Source: Monocercomonoides exilis PA203 (taxonomy: Eukaryota; Protista; Preaxostyla). From it: 64,000 nucleotides of DNA. Shown in pieces: positions 1 through 11,843 of the stretch. The translations under genes were made by a program, and so were the position numbers. The DNA is taken from the NCBI GenBank assembly GCA_001643675.2, contig LSRY02000033.1, positions 558,001-622,000 of the forward strand, written 5' to 3'. Under the pieces are notes generated by a model. The model ran no database searches, was not told where the DNA came from, and saw nothing but the letters and a program-made list of their open reading frames with translations. The first letter of the stretch is position 1; the number at the start of each line of letters is the position of its first letter.

Positions 1-1
1 G

Positions 2-736
2 AACAAGACAAAGGAGATGGCGATCGGCACTCTCCAGGAGCGGCAGATGACAGCTGCCCAGATCCTGTTCTGGGTGGCCAATCTGGCACTCCATTCATTT
101 GATGAAATGATCAATCCACTTCAGTCACTGACAAATCTGAGTCCCCACGTTGTGCTGTTCTCAGAGCACATGGTCATCTGCATTGCTCTCCACTCCGATT
201 GCTCTTCTTCAGATTCTGATTCATCCTCCATCTCTTCGTCAACTGTTGTCACATCAACAAGTGATGATGATAGAGACTCTCTGCCCTCGTCTGCCTTTGA
301 AGATGAGGACGATTACAAGAAAGAGTGTTTGAGGTGGAAGGCGCCGGAGCTGCTGAGCGGCGCAAAGAGCCACGCGACAAAGAAGACTGTGGTGTTCTCC
401 ATCGGGATGATGGTGTGGGAGTGCCTCACGCTCCAGATCCCGTTCGCAGAGTACGAGGCAGAAGCAGCCGGCCGCAAGATTGCAAACGGCGAGAGGCCAG
501 CCCCCTGCACCTCCCACGACATCCCCCTCGCCCACACTGCCTGCGCCGCAACCTCCCAGCAGCCCCACGCCAGGCCCACCCTCCTCGACCTCAAGAAGGC
601 CTTCATCGCCCTCTTTCCGCCTGCCTCTGCCATGATCACCGCCTCCGACGCAATCGACCTCCTCGACCCCACTGCCGTCCCTCCTCCCTCTGCTTTGCCG
701 GCCTCTGCTGTCTCCCAGGCACTCACCTCGTTCTGA
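2..736 (+). CDS. C-terminal part of a protein kinase-like (likely pseudokinase) protein; frame is open to the left window edge
   Basis: Subdomain VIII-XI-like motifs LRWKAPELL...VVFSIGMMVWECLTLQIPF...GERP...RPTL. No HRD or DFG is visible. No stop occurs upstream of ATG 17 in this frame. Confidence 0.7.
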   Translation, partial: NKTKEMAIGTLQERQMTAAQILFWVANLALHSFDEMINPLQSLTNLSPHVVLFSEHMVICIALHSDCSSSDSDSSSISSSTVVTSTSDDDRDSLPSSAFEDEDDYKKECLRWKAPELLSGAKSHATKKTVVFSIGMMVWECLTLQIPFAEYEAEAAGRKIANGERPAPCTSHDIPLAHTACAATSQQPHARPTLLDLKKAFIALFPPASAMITASDAIDLLDPTAVPPPSALPASAVSQALTSF

Positions 737-1911
737 CCGGCTCCCTCCTGCTCCCTTGATGAAAGAGGAAAAAAGAAAAAAACAAAAATAAAGGAGGGGA
801 ATGGAAAGAAATGAAGAAAGAAGCGTCTGAAACAGTTGTTTTTATTATTATTTATCTTTTTTGTGGCATCCTCAGCGATGCAAGTTTTTCGTGTTTGTGC
901 TGCATTCCCAGGCCAGCAGCATCGCCACTTCGCTTCTGCGCACCTCCCTCCAGACAACGTGTGATCTCGCAATCACCCTGTCTTTTCCGCGTTTTTTATG
1001 TGTTTTTGTGATTTTGTGTTTTTGTGATTTTGTGTTTTTGTTTTGCTGGCCAACCTTTTCGTTTTCGATGGGGTGCAGATGCGCAGATTCTGCCAAAATA
1101 TTTATGAAAATTATTTTTTCCCCTCCCTCAATTCGTGGAAATCAACAAACATGCAGAAATCTTTTTGTTGAGGTTTTTGAAAAAAACGTTTCTAAATGAA
1201 AAATGCAATTTTTATGAAGCATTTCGAAATCATGTTTTATAATTGGAATAAAACTGACATATTGTTTGAAGTGATTGCTTTTTAAAAGCTTGCAAAGTAA
1301 TTTGTGGCAAAATTTTTACAACCATGAAAAAAACTGAGATTTGTTCCAAACTTTTTCTACAATCATTTCATTATAAATCAACCTAAACTATGCAAATAAT
1401 TACAGAAAAATTGAAAAATTGAGAAAAATATTTGTTAGAGAAGAATGGAACAAAGTTCATAAAGCAAAATATTTTGTCCCATTTTTTTCAAAAATAAGCA
1501 AACAATTATGGGACAGGTATTTTTTCAAGTGAAGTTATAAAGTTTTTAACAAATTTTTGTAATTCTTTTTCCTATTGCTTTTGAAGATTTCAAATTATAG
1601 AAAGAAACAAAAGAAAAAAGTTTGGAAAGTTAAATATTGTTTAAAATTTTATTTGTAGTTGATAAAAATCGTGATGAGCTTTTAAAAAAGGAAGAATATA
1701 AATTTGAACTCCAGCAAATATTTAAATAACATATACGTATATTCACTTACACAAAAAATTAACCCCAACATTATTTCATATTCAAAAATTCTCAAAAAAT
1801 CAAAAAGCTCAATTTTAATTTCATTCAACTCAAATATTTTTAAATTACAGATTTTGCTCTTTGAAAAGAATTGTCAATTAAAAGAAAATATGATGTTTTT
1901 AAATGGCATCA

Positions 1912-4425
1912 CTATATCTTGTCGGTCAATTCTTCTAAATTGGGTAATGCCTCTGCTAATCCTTTGAATTTTCTGACAAATTTGACAACAGCTCCAGATT
2001 GTGATGATGGGTCATACACATCTCCTGATAACTTCTGCCAGTGATCAAGCGCACACTGAGGTAATGCCTGTCCAGCTGTCTTAGCCCGAAGCTCCGCAGC
2101 AAATCCAAATGACATGCTAACAGGCAGGTGTGCTTTGATGCACATAACAGAAGTGCCTGCCCTCAACTCTTCAGAAATAATCATCCCGCGACGATTTCTC
2201 AAACAATCGCATGTACATTCGGAAAAATTTGAAGGAACGATGATCTCAGCTAAATACACAGGCTCAAGCAAAGCAGGATTAGCGCACAACTCCGAAGCAT
2301 AAAGACAACGACGTGTTGGCTGAATCATTTGGCTTCTCCCGCACCGCTCTGGTGATGCGTGGAAAGAAGCATCAATGATATTGAATCTAACACCACGCAT
2401 TAACTCTCCACACAGCACGCCATTTGCAGTAACCCATTTGAAGCCTTCCTTTATTGCTTCCTTTGTTGTGTCATGAAAATATGCACCTCTTGTTTGATCC
2501 ACAAGTACATTAGTTGCATTTTCATTTGGTCCAAAGCACCAAATTTGCTTTGCATCAGCCGCATTCCATTCGTATGAATTCACCAGATATTCGCTTAATT
2601 TTGCATCATCGCATGAAAGTTGATCACACTTTCCTCTATCAAGACTATCAACCAATTCTTCGCTCAAAGGTTCGGCACTTGCAAATAGGCGGGCTTGTTT
2701 ATGAGGGGATTTGACAAGGCAGATTTGAGACGAAGTAGTTGTTACAGACTCACAATATTGGACAATTGGTTGGCTCATTTTTATTTCTGTTCCTCCCATA
2801 AAGTTGTCTTTCAGATCCTTCAAGCATATCTCGAGATGAAGCTCCCCTGAGCCTGCGATGATGTGTTCTCCTGTATCTGATGTCGACACCTGGCAAAGTG
2901 GATCTGATTGGGACAATCTTCGAAGTCCCTCCAGAAGTTTCGGCAAATCAGACGCTTCTTTGGGCTCCACTGCTACCCTCACCACTGGAGACACAGAAAA
3001 CCTCATCTCCACAAAGTTGCAGGCATTTTTGCTGTTTGTGACAGTTGCTGTTTTCTTGATAACTTCCTCCAATCCTGATAGACACACAATGTTCCCGCAA
3101 GGAACTTCCTCAACAGCTTTAAAGACGTTTCCTATGCACAGCAGGCATTCATTTATTGATTTTGCGACAATGTCATCTTTCTTTCCTGGAACGTGGTCCT
3201 TGCCTTGAATATACACTGTCATTCCTGATCGTACTGTCCCCGAATACACCCGCCCAAATGCAAGAAACTGCTCCTTCACAGGAATTAGCTTCGAAATGAA
3301 AATCATCAAGGGGCCTTCCGGATCGCAAGTTCTAATTGCCGTAGCGCATTCATCGTCAAGCGGACCTGAATACAGTGTTGCCATTCGATATCTCTGGGCT
3401 TCCACAGGAGATGGCAAGTGTAAAATGATTGCTTCCAGCAAGGCATCAGCAACTGGAATCCATGAATTCATCACTGACTTCTCCAGATGCTGTTCTTTTG
3501 CTTGTAGTTCTTCGGAAGAAAGACAAATATTCAACTGCCCCAGTATTTTACTCAGAATTTTGATATTGCCTTTCATCACTGCTTCGAACAACTGAATAAT
3601 AGGCTCCAAAACAAATTGGACAAAACCACGCTTCAACTTTGGATTCGACTCAATTCCGCTGTTGTTGTTGTCTTGCCATTTTTTAGTAAACGGATTGAAG
3701 TACCAATCACCCCAAAATTTATGAATTATGATTTCTGCAGGTGTGCCTAATTTCTTTTCATACATTTTGGCCATTTGTTCCAATGTAAATCCAAACTCAA
3801 GTTCTCCGGAGCCAAAAATAACAGTTCCATAGATCGGGTCCATTTCTTTCATACGTATCATCTCTTCTCCATAAGATGCGACAATTGCATTTATATCTTT
3901 TATTGTTTGAAAACACTTTTGATAAATCTCTTCGGGATCATGTTTGTGCTCTGAAATCATTCTATCAATTTTATTTAGCATCAAGATTGGAATTACATGT
4001 TCGTTAAGTATTTGCTTAAGTACGGATTCTGTTTGAATGCATACACCTTCTAATGGATCAACAACAACAACAGCTCCATCAGTCAAGCGCAAGGCAGTCG
4101 TCACTTCACTTGAAAGGTCTACATGTCCTGGAGTGTCGATCGTATTTATAACATATTTTTCTAATTTTCTTTCAAAATTTTTTTCAAAAAATAAGGGTAT
4201 TAATGTTGATTTTATAGAAAATCCTCTACTTTTTTCTTCATCAAGAATATCAGAAAAATGAATTTGTCCATCTTCAAGACTTCTAATTATTCCTGCCTTT
4301 GAAACTAAAGCATCTATCAGAGTTGATTTACCATGCTCCACGTGTGAAACAAAAGAAATATTGCGAATATTCTCCTTTTTTACAAAATCCGCTTTAAATT
4401 GTACTGTAGAAACATCATCCAACAT
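1912..4425 (-). CDS. Divergent eukaryotic elongation factor 2 (eEF2) paralog, 837 aa, intronless
   Basis: NIRNISFVSHVEHGKSTL (G1), DTPGHVD (G3), NKID (G4), GEHIIAGSGELHLEICLKDL, IWCFGP, LLEPVYL, ELRAKTAGQA. The C-terminus KGLAEALPNLEELTDKI is collinear with eEF2. Length and the absence of an acidic N-extension or large insertions favour eEF2 over Snu114 or EFL1. Confidence 0.9.
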   Translation of the reverse strand: MLDDVSTVQFKADFVKKENIRNISFVSHVEHGKSTLIDALVSKAGIIRSLEDGQIHFSDILDEEKSRGFSIKSTLIPLFFEKNFERKLEKYVINTIDTPGHVDLSSEVTTALRLTDGAVVVVDPLEGVCIQTESVLKQILNEHVIPILMLNKIDRMISEHKHDPEEIYQKCFQTIKDINAIVASYGEEMIRMKEMDPIYGTVIFGSGELEFGFTLEQMAKMYEKKLGTPAEIIIHKFWGDWYFNPFTKKWQDNNNSGIESNPKLKRGFVQFVLEPIIQLFEAVMKGNIKILSKILGQLNICLSSEELQAKEQHLEKSVMNSWIPVADALLEAIILHLPSPVEAQRYRMATLYSGPLDDECATAIRTCDPEGPLMIFISKLIPVKEQFLAFGRVYSGTVRSGMTVYIQGKDHVPGKKDDIVAKSINECLLCIGNVFKAVEEVPCGNIVCLSGLEEVIKKTATVTNSKNACNFVEMRFSVSPVVRVAVEPKEASDLPKLLEGLRRLSQSDPLCQVSTSDTGEHIIAGSGELHLEICLKDLKDNFMGGTEIKMSQPIVQYCESVTTTSSQICLVKSPHKQARLFASAEPLSEELVDSLDRGKCDQLSCDDAKLSEYLVNSYEWNAADAKQIWCFGPNENATNVLVDQTRGAYFHDTTKEAIKEGFKWVTANGVLCGELMRGVRFNIIDASFHASPERCGRSQMIQPTRRCLYASELCANPALLEPVYLAEIIVPSNFSECTCDCLRNRRGMIISEELRAGTSVMCIKAHLPVSMSFGFAAELRAKTAGQALPQCALDHWQKLSGDVYDPSSQSGAVVKFVRKFKGLAEALPNLEELTDKI

Positions 4426-4942
4426 AACCAGAAATTTGAAATTTCACTGTTAAAGTAATTCTTTAATTTTAAGTTCTCTTAAAAAAATATTAAACAAACA
4501 ATTATTAACTTAAAAAATTAAAAAGCGGGAATCTATTGATCAAAAAAATCACATTCAAAAAAATTGAAATTGTTAACATTTTGATTATTATAATAATTTA
4601 TAATATCAAATAAACTGAGCAGGAGATTGATGAAAGTGTAAGAGCAGAAGATAGGGATTCATAAAAATCTTTAAGCTAATCATTCATCCGACATTATAAT
4701 CAAGCCACATGCTATTAGAAAGATAAATAATTACAATTTTTTTAGGTTTAAAGAAAATTTAGTGTGTATCAATGAATAAAACATGGAAAAAAGAAACCCA
4801 AAATATTATCTTTAAATATAATTTTGAAACATCACTGCTATTCACAACTCCAAAATCTTCTATAAATGTTGCTCTATTGACAAGCATAATATCACGTCCT
4901 GTTTCTGGGTATTTGACGGTAATTTTTTTAATTTTTTTTATT

Positions 4943-5190
4943 ATATGGGTAATTCTTTTTGAAAAGTCGCAAATGTTTAATTTTCATATAAATCAAAAGT
5001 TTTATATTTTGTTCAAATTTTCGTTTCCACTTATGAATCTTCTTCAGAATGTGTAAAATAGCATCATCCATTAATTGATTCCATATTAGTGAAGTTTTGT
5101 GTATGCCATCATAAATTTGAGCCAAATATGAAATATTTGATTTATTTGAAAATATATCATTTGCGACTTTTCAAAAAGAATTACCCATAT
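4943..5190. mobile_element. 248-bp palindromic MITE-like element, copy 1 (coordinates include flanking ATAT)
   Basis: Perfect 33-bp inverted repeat at 4943-4975 / 5158-5190, extending imperfectly to ~78-bp arms (to 5020 / from 5113). Homologous and identical in length to the element at 11844-12091. Confidence 0.75.
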
Positions 5191-6769
5191 CAAAATTAAT
5201 AAATGGAATAAAATATAAAAAAATTTGAAAATAAATTGGAATTTGAAATTGTTAATTTCATTTTTCCTTCTTAATTTTATAATTTGATGCATTAATTGCA
5301 TGCAACACATGAATAAATGTGAATAAGATTATTATTGCAATTAATAACATAATAATGAATATATTTAGGTACCCCAATTTTCTGCATTTACAGATGAAAG
5401 CGTATCAACATGTTCGAGATAAATGAATACAGTTTCAGAAAAAAATACCTGATAATATGGATTTTCTCAGAAACAGAAAGAGAATTATTATAATGATTTA
5501 TTTTCAAATGAGTGATTATTTTTTAAATCGAACTTTTTCATCCAAAAATAACGGTTCAAGATTTCACTTGAATACAACAAAAAAACACTGAAAAATGAAA
5601 AGGTTAATCGAAGATATCATCATCCATTTATGTGATTGTTTTCGTAATAATAACTTTTCAATGAGTGTTTATTTTAATGAAAATTCATTGCCATTTGCTA
5701 TATAATATTTATTCAAATTTTGAATGTTTATTTATCGTTTCAAAAGTCAATATTTGATTTCAATAAATAGAAGAGGCTTCACAAAATAGATCATTCACTT
5801 TTCAAAGTTTATCTATGAATATTCAAAACAAATGGGGGAAAATATGGCACTTCAAGCGCTTTCAGTGAAAAAATTTGCAGCTGAAATAAAATGAATTCAA
5901 AGCATGGGTAATTAGCTTCTTTTACGTATTTATTAGAAAATGTCGAGTTTTTAATAGAAAAATTATATTATAAAAGTTTCTTTATGATAAATTGGAAAGA
6001 AATTTTAAAATTTTTATGAAACGAAGATACTGAATGAATTTTGTTAAAAAAAAAAAGCAAACATAACTTAAACATGGCATTCGGGAAAGAAAACAGTCTG
6101 GAAAATTGATTGTCAAATTATTTTGTGGAAGATATTGTTTTGCAAGTGTTATAAAGGGTCATTGAAAATTTTGAAATTTCAATTCGAGAGCACATTCAAA
6201 TTTTAAGAGAATTCTACGAATCAATTTCGATTCTTGAAGAATAAAGATATGATAATGAAAATGCAAATTAGTTTTTGAAATTGCCTGAGTCTGTTTTTTG
6301 ATCATCAATGAAAATCAGTTCCAGATAATTATTCATCGGTTAAAAGAAATTAAAAATCATGTTTTCTATTTTAATGTGTTTGCTATTTCTATTTTGTGTG
6401 AATTTGTTTGTTAACCTCTTGCCTTTGTTAGTGAAATGAAAATGAAGTTGTTTTCATTATTTCATTTTTGAATGCGAATATATATACAGCTCATGATATA
6501 TATTTTTCTGATCAAAATAACGACTGTTTCATGCTTCGCTTTTCCAAAGTTTGCTTCTGAAAAAATTATCAGAAGTTTTTTTTCTTTGCTGACTTTTAAA
6601 TAAAAAAAAAGCTGGATGAGGAGATACAATCAGCAGATGGGAATAGTACATTTTTTTGTTTTCGACTTGTACAGGGGATGAAAATCCTCAATTGAAAAGC
6701 ATTTGGTTATCTGCTTTCATTCATAATTTTTATTTTTGTTTCAACTATTTTTTCTCCCTCCATATTGCT

Positions 6770-7402
6770 CCGATTGGTTCCAAACGCAAGTGAGATACAA
6801 TAGAACTGTTTTCCAACTGGCATTTCGAAGCAGCAACAGCCTTCCGCATATTGTTTTCAATAACAGCGCATCCAAATTTGGTGTGCTGAGATGTTCTGAT
6901 AAGGCTTATCGTGTTTAAGCAGTCGACACTTCATTCGTCGTAAAAGCAGTGAATCCGCTGATCTGGAAGTCAATGAAAGACCAATTCAGATTACTGAAAA
7001 GCTGGAAGGAAAAACTGACAACTCAATATATTCCTGAGAAATTGAAAAAGGAGATGGAAGTTGAAGGAAACTTAGGGCAAGGACGTTGAAGGAATCTATG
7101 CTGCTGAAGATGATTTCAAATAACGAGGACGATCTCTTCGCGGATCCGAAAGAACAGTTGTTGAAACAAGCGAAAATTGCTGAAAGTTTGTTGTTTATAT
7201 GCAATTGCATATCAATTTCTTATATTTTTCATTTCCCACCTTTTATTTTTTAATGAATTCATTCAAACTCTTATCAAATATTATTTTAACATTTGCTGAT
7301 TGCCTTATAAATGAAACAGCTCACAAGCAATCGTATGCATTGAAAGAAGATGAGAAGCGTTTGATGACAAGCAATGCTCATGAATGCGCAAAAGAAGAGT
7401 GA
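6770..7402 (+). pseudogene. Possible decayed coding fragment of unknown identity
   Basis: Higher-GC, coding-like composition in AT-rich DNA. Protein-like reads (e.g. LKMISNNEDDLFADPKEQLLKQAK) are interrupted by stops. No family recognised. Confidence 0.25.
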
Positions 7403-7744
7403 GCATATTATATACTCTTTGATGCATAACATTCACTTCGACAGAATCATCCACTTCACTCAAACAGTTTCATTTTCTAACAATTTTCTTTCTTTATTTA
7501 TTTATTAAATGCGTTTCAGTTTGAAAATTTTTATTTCATTCTTTTGAATGTGACAAATCCAATAGCTAACGAGACTTTTCTCAGGATAATTATAAAACAA
7601 AGGACATCTTCATGTTGAACAAAAAATATCAACACATAAAAAAAAATAGATTTTTCAAAATTCCATGTGAATGAATTGGTTCATGGATTACTAAAAACAT
7701 TGTTCAAACAACAAAAATGATAATAATTCATGAATACGAAAAAA

Positions 7745-10713
7745 TCATTTGAGAACAAGATCTCCAACATTTCGACGGTTTATTAATAAAAACAATAAAA
7801 GTCGGAATGAAAACAGCAAATTTGAAGCCTGCCAAACGGAATCTTTCAGAGGAACTGCATCGCCAATGCGTGACCGGTCGTTTAGACCTTCTATTGCCAA
7901 GTCTCCTTTTTCTTTTTCTCTCTTCAGCATTTCTCAATTCCATTTCCAACAAAGTTCAACCTCCCCAGCACTGTCCCTCTTGCCATAGCCCCATTCTCTC
8001 CATACACCCGCTTTTCCATCCTTTTCTTGTCTTCACAGCTCAGCGCAGAAACATACGCACAGTGCAGCATGTGCACTTCCACCTTCTCCAGCGCTCGCAT
8101 TGCTGTCCGCGCGACAAGATCCACAGACAGCTCGCACGCAACAAACTCAACAACCCTCGCGATGAGATGCCCGGACAGCTGGAACAGAACACCGCACTTC
8201 CCCTCAAAATCAAAATTGATGTTGTGCTCCTGGCAGTTCGAAAAGAACTGCCCGTGCGGCACACGTGACAGCTCCGGCTCGTAGAACAGCTGTGCTATCA
8301 CAAAGCTGCGTGTCGCTGCTGGAGAGAGGCAAGCACACGCCTGTGCAGAGGCGCTGGCTGGGCCACACGCCGCCTGAGGAGACACTCTCTCCACACCTGC
8401 CACCTGGCGCGGCGAGACCGACCTGTGTGCTCCGTTCGAACAGCCCTGAGGCCGAGCACAGGCAGAATGTGCAGAATCAAAGGACGGAGCACGCACATGC
8501 AAAGCGGCTGTGCTGCTGCGGCGCGGAAGGAGGTAGTTTCCAGACGCAATCTCGATGCCCCCCTGCAGCAGATACGACATCCACCGGAACGCCGACGACG
8601 CTGCCAGCGGGCCCACTGAAAGATCCACCGCACACATCCGCAGCGACTCCCACTCGTCCACAAACACACAATACGAAACACTAAACACCCCAATCATCCC
8701 TTTCCCATGGCACACTTGCCCAATCGCATACGTCGCATCCCGCAGAGCAATCGACGGCACACTTTCCTGCGACACAACCGCCCCTATCGCAACAAACTCG
8801 TCCATCCTCTCTCTCTGCCTGTCCGAGCTCAAATGCAACGACACTCCATCTGATGCCAAACACCCTCCCCCACACGCACACCCTTCTCTTCTCTTCTCTC
8901 TCCTCCCAAACAGCCTCTCCTCAATAAACGTGATACTCATCGTCCCGTCCGGCTGTATCATCCATTCCACAAACAGCTTCACAGCAATCCGCTCCCGCTC
9001 TGCACACAGCTCTGTTAGGCACCTCCGCCACCATCTTCATCACCAGATAGTCTCGCCAGCTCCCATACGCACTCTCGTCAACCAGCGTCACCCACTCCGG
9101 GTGCGCAGGAACACTAAGCAGTGATTACACATCTAGAATCTGTCCCTCTTCCTCCTCTTCCTCTTCCTCTTCCTTCTCCAAATCAATGGAGTTGCCCTCT
9201 CTCCCTGACTCCTCATTCATCCCTTAGCCATTCGCAGACATTTCCACCTGTTCCTCATCTTTCCCCACATTTTCTTCTCTTCCATTTGAAGCTATACTCA
9301 ATGATCCATCTGCTGCTTCCTCTTCTGCTCTTCTGAAATCTCCTGTTGGATGCTATAAGATGGAGAAGTGCTGCACACTTCTGGTCCCACTGAATGCAAC
9401 TTGTCCGCCTCAGTCTCTACCTTCACAAACCTCAGCCGACTCAGCCCAAGCGCCTCCACATTCAACGGCGCCATCGCTTCTTCCAGCTTCCCCTGGATCT
9501 CTTTCATTCTCTCCACAAACTCTCTGTGCGCTGTAGGATACACGCATTTCACTTCATTCTCATCACCTTCCTCTGCCTCTTCACTTTCTCCTTCCTCTGT
9601 CTCTTCTCTCTCCTCCCGAACAGCCAATGCAATTGCGGCAGGCAACAAATTCACATCCTTCATCCTCATCCCTACAGGCTACAGCCCCTTCTCCAGAATC
9701 TCCCCCACTTTGCACGCAGAAACACCTTGCTCCATCACTTTTTCGCTCAGTTTCGTCACTCAGTACGCATCTTCTTCAGAGGTTCAAACACCAGATGTGC
9801 AATTTCGAACGAAATCTACAGGAGACCAAACGCATTTTTGTTTCGTTGATAATAATTCATTTCCACAGCCCAAAGCTCTGCTTGCTTCATGATTCAATAT
9901 TTATTAAAACAGTCTTTTTCACATTAGTGGAATAAGAGTTAGAGTGAAAAAGTATCTCCAAGAGCTTCATATTATTCTACAACATAATACTTTTGATCAG
10001 TAGAGTGCGCTTTATCACAATGTTTCCTCAACATTGCTTCTCGAGCTCATTGTGATGGCTTCTTTTGACTTGCATAAATTTCACCTGCATCCGGCAAAGA
10101 AAACATCAAAGGAATTTGATAATGTTCATCATTCCTTCCCATGCGAATGAAGCAGTCATCGTTGACAATCTTTGCTTTTGAAGTGTGAGAGGACGTGAAG
10201 AATATTCATCCTTCGATATCGATGCATCTGACTTACCCCTTTTCTTTGCATCTGAAATGGCGAAAAGAAGAGGTTTGTTGCGTATTGCGAAGAAGAAGGG
10301 GAGGATAAAGAGAAAGATTATGAAGAAGATGAAGAATTTGAAAATTCCAAGAGAAGAAGCGATTTGTGAGATGTCTTTTCTGCAAGACTCTTTTTTGAGA
10401 TAAACCTTCATATCAGACAGAAGCTCCATCAGAAGTATAAGCACGATATTAACATTCGGATAAGAAAAGTCGATATACCATAAATTCTCTCCTAAATCAG
10501 TGAAAGCTCAAATGGATCAGGGGTCTTTCGTGTGAAAAGTTGAAACATGATGTTATGCAGGTAATGAAGGAATAACTGTTTGGCGCAAACACCGCATGAA
10601 TCAAATGATTTATAAACGAACAAATCAGTCCCAGAAACGAAGAATGCTGCACTTGCTGCTTTCTGCTCATTCTGATATTTTTGATGAAAATTGACTTTCA
10701 TCTTGTTGTGCAT
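7745..10713 (-). pseudogene. IQCH (IQ motif-containing H)-like pseudogene; recognisable core ~7924-9890
   Basis: ORF 7924-8982 contains VSQESVPSIALRDATYAIGQVCHGKGMIGVFSVSYCVFVD...AVDLSV and FFSNCQEHNINFDFEGKCGVLF, resembling the IQCH C-terminal region (recognised from memory). The upstream segment has in-frame stops (SGV*TSEEDAY*VTK, KGL*PVG) and there is a frameshift near 9000. Outer boundaries are uncertain. Confidence 0.6.
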
Positions 10714-11843
10714 TTCATCACTTTGTTTTCACTATTGACACATAGGCTATTGGACAATATTTTCGTTGATAGATCATATCCCACTAATTATTCATTTTTG
10801 CACTAAAAAATAATTTCCAGATTTTTTGAATCTTTTTTGCGATATTCAAAAGAATAAATAAGTATTTTATAGGCCTCTGCGACACACATTTTTCGAGAAC
10901 AATTTGTCGGTCGAGAAATTTTTCTTTTGTCGAAAATATTAAAATGATTGTTTCTTCCCAAACTTTGCTTTTCGTGAATATATCTAACTCACCACAACCA
11001 AAACAATAGGTTTGAGTAGCTCTTTTTTTATTTTTATTTTATATTACCATAATAATAACATATTTTGTATTTTGAAAACAAATAAGAAATTTATCAAAAA
11101 ACTGGAGAAGATAGATGAAAGGAATCAAAAAGTCTGTTGTTTTGTATTAAATACAATAATTTGGGATGGAAGTTTTTTGAGATGTTTTTGCTGCTGATAT
11201 GGATTTGATTAATGGAGATAATTTTAACGTTGTTTTTTTAAATGCTCGAAGAAAAATTACTCATGAATAAAAACTATTCTGTTCATCTTCTTCTTCCTCT
11301 ATTTCTTCCTCAAATCTTCCTTCATTTGCATCTCAAACATTTCCTCGGCAAAATCAGAAGACAATTTGATTTCGTATGCTTTTCGATCATTTTTGAGAAG
11401 AATTCTATTTCATCTTCATCATTTTCTTCAAAACAATAAAGAAAATGATATTTTTTTCTTTTTTTGTATTGTTTTCTGTGTGAAAAAAGGAGAAGAAGAG
11501 AAAATATCAGTTGAAATTACTTAAAATTACTTTTTCTTAAACTCCTTTTTCGATTTTTTCATTTATTATTTCATCATCATCTTTTTCCTCTTCTTCTTCA
11601 ATTTGTTTCTCTCCTTCTCAAATTTGTGCTTATTTCAAACAGCATCAATGTGTCGAAGTGCATTTTTGAATAGCCAAAAAGACATTGTGAGAAGAGGCTT
11701 ATACGCTTTTTGCTGAAATGACTGATCATGCACTGAAACTTCTACATATTTTTTTATTTTTTCAAAGGCGACAAAAAAAATGTGTTGTTATTTTACATAT
11801 TTGTTTTATTAGATTTATATGATTATTGAACAAAAAAGCTGTC

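Noticed and set aside
313-1199. Overlapping ORFs around the kinase-like gene
   Set aside because: They are GC-rich shadow frames or low-complexity 3' flank with no motifs.
9670-9890. In-frame TGA/TAG codons as evidence of stop-codon reassignment or selenocysteine
   Set aside because: Intact genes in the window terminate with TAA, TAG and TGA and have multi-kb frames free of internal stops. The locus also has a frameshift, so it is a pseudogene.
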